Of a stretch of 20,000 nucleotides of DNA, positions 14,208 to 20,000 are shown in pieces. Every line of letters begins with the position of its first letter. Positions within the stretch are counted from its first letter, which is position 1. The position numbers were made by a program, and so were the translations under genes. The notes below the pieces were generated by a model. The model was given only the letters and a program-made list of their open reading frames with translations. It was not told where the DNA came from and searched no databases. Source of the stretch: an uncultured virus (IMG/VR IMGVR_UViG_3300033075_000216) (lineage: Duplodnaviria > Heunggongvirae > Uroviricota > Caudoviricetes); IMG/VR virus record IMGVR_UViG_3300033075_000216, one strand, 5' to 3'.

Positions 14208-15701
14208 TTATTCCTCTGTTAATAATTTTTCTAACTCTTGTCTATCTTCTGGGAGCTGCATAGCGGAATAGATGAGGGCGGCACGACGAGGACCTTGTGT
14301 AGTAGCTAAACTGTTTAGTGTAGCTCCAAGTTTAGTGCCTTGATATCTAGTCGCTTTATCAGCAAACCATTGTGAACTTTTTCCTGCTAAGTTAGCTGCA
14401 TTTAAGCTGACAGCTCGCGCACTACCCAATGCTTGTTGTATATTACCAATACCGCGCTGAGAAGCTTCTTCGCTAACTTCTTGACGTAGGAGTTTATCTT
14501 TAACGCCTTCTAGCAATTGTTTTGCCTTAGGAGCGTTTAAGTTCTCCATAGACTGGGTGAGATTTTTAAGTTTAGGCGCTCTAGTGATGTTACCGTGAGC
14601 TTCCACAAGCTCTTTAAGAATATTCACTGTATCAGCAGATGGAGCACCTTTAGAAATGTCAATAGCTTCTTCAGATGAGCTTAGAGCTTCGTGTATAAGT
14701 TTATTAGCTTTTTTAATCTCTTCGTCTTTAATACCTTCACGCAAAGATCCGCCAACACCTTTGAAAAGCTTCTTACCTTCGCCCACAGCGCGTTGCTGTA
14801 GGTTGTACATCTTATCAATTAAATCCTGATACTCAAGAGGAGAAACAGAAGGCTTAGAAGCTTCTTCTTGTAAGGTTTGTTTTAAACGTTGTGCTGTAGC
14901 TTCGTCAATAGATCCTGTTCTAAAAGCCTCGTCAACGCTAGAAATGCCTTTTTTCAAAGCAGCTGATATGTCATAAGACTCGCCGGACTTTGTAAGCTCA
15001 GAAAGACGTTCCATCTTAGAGGCTCTAATAGGAAGAGTTTCTTCTTTAATAAACTTAGGAATAGATTCTATAGCTTCGGCAGCTTCCAAAGCAGGTTGTT
15101 TGCTAGAAAGCTCAACACCTTCTTGCCCCATCTTTGCAGCAAGCTTGAGTTTCTTTGTTATATCTGTTTTTTCAGCAAGGTCAGAAAGAGAAGATAAACC
15201 TTTTTTAGTAGCTGAAGCAATACCAGAAACAGCGCCGGTAAGTCCACCGCCTAAAGCAGCACCCTTAGCAACGTCTTCAGCAAGTTGTTGACCCTCAGCT
15301 TCAGATGCACCGAAACCAGCAAGTCCACCAAGACCAGCACCTTCCGCAACCTTAGCTGCTAGGCTGGCGCCTCTACCGACTGGCATAGCAAGGCCAGAGC
15401 CTAAAGCTCCCGCAACCTCACCAACACCGTACAACGATGGATCTGCCTCTTGAGCTTGTTTATAAAGCTTACGAGTTTCGTCTCTATATCGCTCATAGTC
15501 TTTCAATAAGCTAGAAACATCCACCTTCTTAGCAGCCTCTAATCCAGCTTCTGCGGCCCCTGTTAGCTCGTCAGCAAGGCCTAGAGAGGCACCTTGAGCT
15601 AATCCCCTAAGTCCAGATTCTAAAGAGCTTATAGACGGTTTTTGTTGATCTTCGACGAAAGAATCTTCTTGAAAGCCTAAGTCATCAAACTTGTCTGCCA
15701 T
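14208..15701 (-). CDS. Putative internal virion / DNA ejection protein
   Basis: GLAQGASLGLADE motif and a long Gly/Ala-rich glycine-zipper segment, then a helical body. Located in a coupled late operon. Confidence 0.6.
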   Translation of the reverse strand: MADKFDDLGFQEDSFVEDQQKPSISSLESGLRGLAQGASLGLADELTGAAEAGLEAAKKVDVSSLLKDYERYRDETRKLYKQAQEADPSLYGVGEVAGALGSGLAMPVGRGASLAAKVAEGAGLGGLAGFGASEAEGQQLAEDVAKGAALGGGLTGAVSGIASATKKGLSSLSDLAEKTDITKKLKLAAKMGQEGVELSSKQPALEAAEAIESIPKFIKEETLPIRASKMERLSELTKSGESYDISAALKKGISSVDEAFRTGSIDEATAQRLKQTLQEEASKPSVSPLEYQDLIDKMYNLQQRAVGEGKKLFKGVGGSLREGIKDEEIKKANKLIHEALSSSEEAIDISKGAPSADTVNILKELVEAHGNITRAPKLKNLTQSMENLNAPKAKQLLEGVKDKLLRQEVSEEASQRGIGNIQQALGSARAVSLNAANLAGKSSQWFADKATRYQGTKLGATLNSLATTQGPRRAALIYSAMQLPEDRQELEKLLTEE

Positions 15702-16834
15702 TATAGCACCTTTGCTCCGCGTTTAACTGCTTCTTCTAGCTTAGATTTAGGAATAGATCCTGTCCTACCGTCAGGAAGCTGTACTTTAACCATGTCAGAT
15801 GAAGGTTTCACTAAGTCTTCGAATTGAGAAACATCCTTACCTTGACGCTTTAGCAGATCAATATAGCCTGCTTGTTTAGCTTGAGCTTCTTTAATCATTT
15901 GTTTAAGTGCGCCTTGATAGTTAGCTTCCGTCTGTCCTAGAGCAGGAAGACGTGACTCGAGCATTTCGATTTCTTTTGAACTAGCGCCGGCACCTGTAAT
16001 AGCTTTACGATATGCATCTTTATATCTACCAAGAAGTTTTGTATAAGCAGACTGCTCTGGAGACATTAAGAGTTCTGGGCGCATTTGATCCAATGGACCA
16101 ACATAACCGGGTTTTAAATCGGCAGACAGGTCGCCTAGTACTTGTTGAGATTCTTGAAAGTCTTTTAACACCTGTAGTTGTTTATCGCTTAGTTTTGCTT
16201 TTTCTTCTTGTTGAGCCAGTTTAGCATCTTGTCGTCTTTCTGCTTTGTCAGAAAAAGCTTCTCTCATAGCCATATAACGCTCATAAAGAGGGGCTAGTTT
16301 TTCCATAGAGGCAGCTGTAGAAGTGTCAGGAACGGATATACCAAGATTCTTAGCAAAAGATCTATATTGTTTAGACACTTCGCTCTTAGGATCTTGCATC
16401 TCTTCTGCTTGCTTAGCTTGAAGAGTGCGCATCTTAGTTTCTAGCTTCTCTTGATCTGTTTTATGTTTAGCGAGTATATCTCCAACTCGATCAGAGGCTG
16501 CTTTATACATGTCGTCAGCCATTGAAGTGTCGGCTTTTATCCCACCAAGAGCCGCGCCTATTTCTTGCGCGCCCTTAAAAAACATAGCTTGTGATCGTTC
16601 TTTGTCGCGTTGTTTAATTGCTTCAGCTAATTCATCAATTTGCGGAGCAACTAATTCAGAAGGAGGTGTTGATATTTCAGAAGAAGGAGAAGTCGGCTGT
16701 AATGTAGCCTGTTTAGGAATAGACTTTAGTTTTGGTGTAGCTAGTAACGAAGCTTTAGGCTCTTCAGCAGTAGTTTCTTCTTGAGGCTCTCCGATACCAA
16801 AACGTTTTAATAATTCTTCATAAGATAGTGCCAT
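15701..16834 (-). CDS. Putative internal virion / DNA ejection protein
   Basis: Pro/Ser linker and coiled coil. C-terminal VKVQLPDGRTGSIP...A...GA motif. TAATG coupling to neighbours. Confidence 0.55.
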   Translation of the reverse strand: MALSYEELLKRFGIGEPQEETTAEEPKASLLATPKLKSIPKQATLQPTSPSSEISTPPSELVAPQIDELAEAIKQRDKERSQAMFFKGAQEIGAALGGIKADTSMADDMYKAASDRVGDILAKHKTDQEKLETKMRTLQAKQAEEMQDPKSEVSKQYRSFAKNLGISVPDTSTAASMEKLAPLYERYMAMREAFSDKAERRQDAKLAQQEEKAKLSDKQLQVLKDFQESQQVLGDLSADLKPGYVGPLDQMRPELLMSPEQSAYTKLLGRYKDAYRKAITGAGASSKEIEMLESRLPALGQTEANYQGALKQMIKEAQAKQAGYIDLLKRQGKDVSQFEDLVKPSSDMVKVQLPDGRTGSIPKSKLEEAVKRGAKVL

Positions 16835-17787
16835 TAACCCATCCCTCCAGCACCAGCACCCATCTTACCAGCACCTTGTCCCATTGCTGCCCAAGCAGCA
16901 GCTGTATCTTTAGCTTGTTGTGCATGAGAGTCAGCAGATTTAGTTAAAGTGCCAGATAAAAGACCAGCTTTTGCTAGTTGATTATTAAATTGTGCTTGAA
17001 TTAGTTTTTTGTTATATTCTTGCTCTTTATTTGCTGTATCAACGTTTGTATCAGCAATTCGCTGTTTTTCACCTAAATTTCTTTGTTGAGCAGTGTTTTT
17101 AGCTCCGACATTTGTAGATTGTCGTTGAGCAGCAAGTTGAGTGTTAAATTGATTAATAACATCTTGAGCGCGCGCCTCTTGAGAAGCAACATCAAAATCT
17201 TGAGCCCTAAGGTTTCCAGCTTGAGAAGCAGAGGCCATTATGTTTTGTAGCGCACGTTGTTGCGCCATAGCCATAAGTCTATCACCTTCTTGTGACGCTC
17301 TATCTGCACCTTCTTGAGAGGCTTGTAAACGAGCGGCAAGCTCAAGCCCTCCGCCACTCATGCCACGAGAAGCCATGTTTTGTAAAACAGCGTCTTGTTG
17401 AGCTTTAACGTCTCTAGCAGATTCTAAACGAGCTTGATTAAGAGCAGCGCGGTCTTCAGCAGACAAGCCTGTTTGACCATACATACGAAGCTGTTCTACA
17501 ACATTACGTTGAATGTCTCGTAAACCTTGATCTTCTTGTATAGCGCTCATTTGAGAAACTTGTTGAGCAACTTCCGCTTCCATCTCAGGAGTATAAAGCC
17601 CTTGTTGAGAAAGACGTTCTAATACAAGTTTTTGTTTTTCTATGTCTGGTATTTGCAAATCTCTAACCGCACCAATTGCCTCAGACATTGCGTCTCTAGC
17701 GGCGCGTCTATCATTAGCGGATGCATATTGTCCTATTATACCGCCAACTATTGGGGCGGCGGCGGATGCTGCCATGGATGGATCCAT
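16834..17787 (-). CDS. Putative DNA pilot / ejection protein (T7 gp14 / P22 gp7-like position)
   Basis: Ala/Gly-rich N-terminus, Gln/Ala/Asn-rich helical body with an RGMSGGG motif and a Gly-rich C-terminus. Follows the GNAT-like gene. Confidence 0.65.
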   Translation of the reverse strand: MDPSMAASAAAPIVGGIIGQYASANDRRAARDAMSEAIGAVRDLQIPDIEKQKLVLERLSQQGLYTPEMEAEVAQQVSQMSAIQEDQGLRDIQRNVVEQLRMYGQTGLSAEDRAALNQARLESARDVKAQQDAVLQNMASRGMSGGGLELAARLQASQEGADRASQEGDRLMAMAQQRALQNIMASASQAGNLRAQDFDVASQEARAQDVINQFNTQLAAQRQSTNVGAKNTAQQRNLGEKQRIADTNVDTANKEQEYNKKLIQAQFNNQLAKAGLLSGTLTKSADSHAQQAKDTAAAWAAMGQGAGKMGAGAGGMG

Positions 17788-17803
17788 TTTATCACTTCCT
17801 TAT

Positions 17804-18220
17804 TTATTTTAAACAGTTTAAGTTAATCTTACTAAGTTGTGTGCCTAGTGTTGTTACGTTAGTTTCTAGTTTTTCTAATCCAAGTTTTTGATAAGTTGAT
17901 ATTAGAGATTCGTTCGCTGTGCAGGTGTATATAAGTTTTACATCTTCTTTCTTAGCTTCTTCTACAAGAGTTTTAAGAAGCTTCATCAACGCCTTAGCTC
18001 TTTTAAAACCTTCTACATTCTTATCTGCGACGATGAATTCAAAGAACGCCATCTTCTTATCGTCAGTTCGGTACATAAATCCAGCAACGACCGGCTTTTC
18101 ATCTTCCACAACCCAGCCATATCTCGGTAGGATTTCTTGGTCAATCGGGAGCCATCCCCAATCTTTCCACCACTGACATAAAACTTCGTAATCTTTAGGC
18201 TGATATTCTCTTACGTGCAT
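17804..18220 (-). CDS. GNAT-like acetyltransferase-fold protein (T7 gp13-like position)
   Basis: VREYQPKDY start, GWVVE...VVAGF and N......YQKLG motifs. Located directly upstream of the ejection-type genes. Confidence 0.75.
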   Translation of the reverse strand: MHVREYQPKDYEVLCQWWKDWGWLPIDQEILPRYGWVVEDEKPVVAGFMYRTDDKKMAFFEFIVADKNVEGFKRAKALMKLLKTLVEEAKKEDVKLIYTCTANESLISTYQKLGLEKLETNVTTLGTQLSKINLNCLK

Positions 18221-20000
18221 CTAGTTCCTTCTTAACGCACTGCGCGTATTCTTTATTTGCATTCATATACTCTAATCTTTGAGCATCGTTGACGCCGTAT
18301 CCTTGATTAGTTTCCATGAAATCCGACAACACTACATCGTTAGATACTAGTATGTGGTGCTCTACAACAACAGGACATACGATAGCATGATTTAGTGTAT
18401 CAATCTTTTTAGCTTCTGAACAGTCTTTTGCTCTAACCCAACTTCCGTTGTGGAATATGGCATGATTCTCAGACATATCAATGTCGTTATAAGAATAAAG
18501 GCTTGTAGTGTATGCTTTACCGTTTCCAATAACAGCTCCACCAAAAGCAACAACATCACCTAGTTCAAGAGTAGCAACGTCTTTAAAAGAACCATCAGCC
18601 ATCTCAATCATAGTGCCTGGAACAAGACAGAACGGGTTGATAAAACTTAAAGCTTTTCTAGCGGCTTCAGCGGCAGCTGCGGCTGCACGTTTTGTTTGTT
18701 CAGCCTTTTTTAAAGGATTGATAACATTTTTAGCAACTTCAGCTGAGCTAGCTAATAAAGATTTGTACGTATTTATGTTAGCTAGTTGTTTGGCCGTACC
18801 TTCAATTGCTCCCGGAGCACTTTGAAGCATATTTAAATAACCCTTAGTCTGACCTAATAGTAAATCTTCAGGTTTACCGCTAATTATAGCATTACCTGGA
18901 TTACCTAATAAAACTTGAGTAAAACCTCTGGTAAGACCGACGCGATCTGGATCAGAAGCCCACGCGTTTAAACCCATCTCCTTTAAATCACCAATTCCAG
19001 TAAAAGGTAAAAGAGCTTTGGTCATATCCGTATCAGTTTTAGCTATAAAATTAATTAAATCACCAAGCTTATCATCTGTAATAACGTCGGCTTTTTTCTG
19101 CTCAACGTTACCTGTATCAAATCCAGAAGCATAATAATCTTGAAGCGCCTTGTAAGCATCCGCTCCGCGATATTTAAAACTGGAATTAGCGTTACCAGCA
19201 AGTTCCTCATTTGTTAAAAATGCTTGATCTTGTGCACGTCCTCCAAGTCTATTTAAAGCTAAAGCTTTTCTTACTTCTTCCTTAGTAGCTAAATTTTCTT
19301 TCGTAAACATTTCAGGATTTAGAGATTCTATGTATTGAGTAAGATCTATAGGTTTAGATTGCTGTATACTGCGAATGTTATATCCATCTACGGACTCGCC
19401 AGCTTTTCTACCAAGATATTTTTGAGCAGCGTCGCCTGTTAAAATTCTAAGATTCTCTGTTCCTTTTGTCGTCGTTGTTCCGCCAAAATTACCTCCACCT
19501 TCGGTAGACGTTGAACCAGGAGACATAAGTTCTACACGAGACACACGTTCCTTATCTCCCTGTGCCTTAGACATATCATAAAAAAATCTAAAAGTTTCTC
19601 TTTGATTTTCTGGTATCCCCAATAAAGATAAATCTTGATCTGTAAGCTCATTTCTTTGAGATAAATTCTGACGATATATCTTCTCTCTTTCGCCTATTTC
19701 TTTTCTAAAGTCTTCTACACGCTTAGATATACCCGAAGTGAAGTCTGTTTCAGATCCAGTGAGAGACTTTCTAAGAAGATCCGCAGCTTGTCCCACTTCA
19801 CCCGTAGCTTTTTGTCCTTCAGCCAAGGCTTGTTGTGTAGCTGTAGAAAGGTCACGACCAGCTTCTGCTGAAATGCGTCTAAGAGACTGTAAACCTTGTG
19901 TAGGTCCGCCTTGTAGGATAAGATTGTCAAGAGTTTGTTGACCTCTTGTATAAGTAGGTTTATTGAACATGGTGCGAAGAAGATTAAACCTGCCGCCTTC
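18195..20000 (-). CDS. Large virion-associated protein with C-terminal Hint domain (5'-truncated by window edge)
   Basis: The frame stays open to base 20000 (EGGRFNLLRT-MFNKP...). The Hint domain begins at CLVPGTMIEMADGS.KDVATLELGDVV. Confidence 0.8.
   Translation of the reverse strand, partial: EGGRFNLLRTMFNKPTYTRGQQTLDNLILQGGPTQGLQSLRRISAEAGRDLSTATQQALAEGQKATGEVGQAADLLRKSLTGSETDFTSGISKRVEDFRKEIGEREKIYRQNLSQRNELTDQDLSLLGIPENQRETFRFFYDMSKAQGDKERVSRVELMSPGSTSTEGGGNFGGTTTTKGTENLRILTGDAAQKYLGRKAGESVDGYNIRSIQQSKPIDLTQYIESLNPEMFTKENLATKEEVRKALALNRLGGRAQDQAFLTNEELAGNANSSFKYRGADAYKALQDYYASGFDTGNVEQKKADVITDDKLGDLINFIAKTDTDMTKALLPFTGIGDLKEMGLNAWASDPDRVGLTRGFTQVLLGNPGNAIISGKPEDLLLGQTKGYLNMLQSAPGAIEGTAKQLANINTYKSLLASSAEVAKNVINPLKKAEQTKRAAAAAAEAARKALSFINPFCLVPGTMIEMADGSFKDVATLELGDVVAFGGAVIGNGKAYTTSLYSYNDIDMSENHAIFHNGSWVRAKDCSEAKKIDTLNHAIVCPVVVEHHILVSNDVVLSDFMETNQGYGVNDAQRLEYMNANKEYAQCVKKELDARKRISA
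18312..18629 (-). other. Hint (Hedgehog/intein) autoprocessing domain
   Basis: Block A Cys1 at codon 18629-18627, block B SENH, WVRA, and a C-terminal VLSDF instead of HN. Confidence 0.8.

Noticed and set aside
18312..18629. Canonical splicing intein
   Set aside because: It lacks the C-terminal His-Asn plus Cys/Ser/Thr motif, so it is reported as a Hint domain only.
15100..19941. + strand ORFs opposite the late genes (15100, 16012, 16509, 17632, 17919, 18508, 19738, also 14022)
   Set aside because: These are antisense shadows of Ala/Ser-rich coding sequence, fully nested in well-supported - strand genes.
1..20000. tRNA, rRNA or large ncRNA genes; specific host assignment
   Set aside because: There is almost no intergenic space and no cloverleaf motifs were seen. 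The sequence supports only a Gram-negative (LPS-bearing) host, not a named taxon.

Overview
This window is a gene-dense fragment of a tailed dsDNA phage or prophage, probably podovirus-like, infecting a Gram-negative host. It has two convergent arms. The + strand arm (<1-13972) holds early/middle and accessory genes: a PA14-domain protein, four paralogous hexapeptide-repeat (left-handed beta-helix) genes, dUTPase, an Fe-S PD-(D/E)XK exonuclease, an ERF recombinase, a PagL-like lipid A deacylase, a dATP/dGTP diphosphohydrolase, an HNH nuclease, ClpP-like and trypsin-like proteases with N-terminal hydrophobic segments, small membrane proteins, and a PRS-like + NAMPT-like pair matching the NARP1 NAD+-reconstitution anti-defence pathway. 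The - strand arm (13904->20000) holds virion/ejection-type genes, a GNAT-like protein and a large protein with a C-terminal Hint domain. The most notable points are the mosaic four-copy beta-helix family (with a perfect 22-bp junction repeat and one split copy), an envelope-directed enzyme cluster (PagL plus two exported proteases), the NARP1-like pair, a terminator whose loop is a perfect CsrA/RsmA consensus site, and a non-splicing Hint domain. All calls come from motif recognition by eye; no database searches were run.
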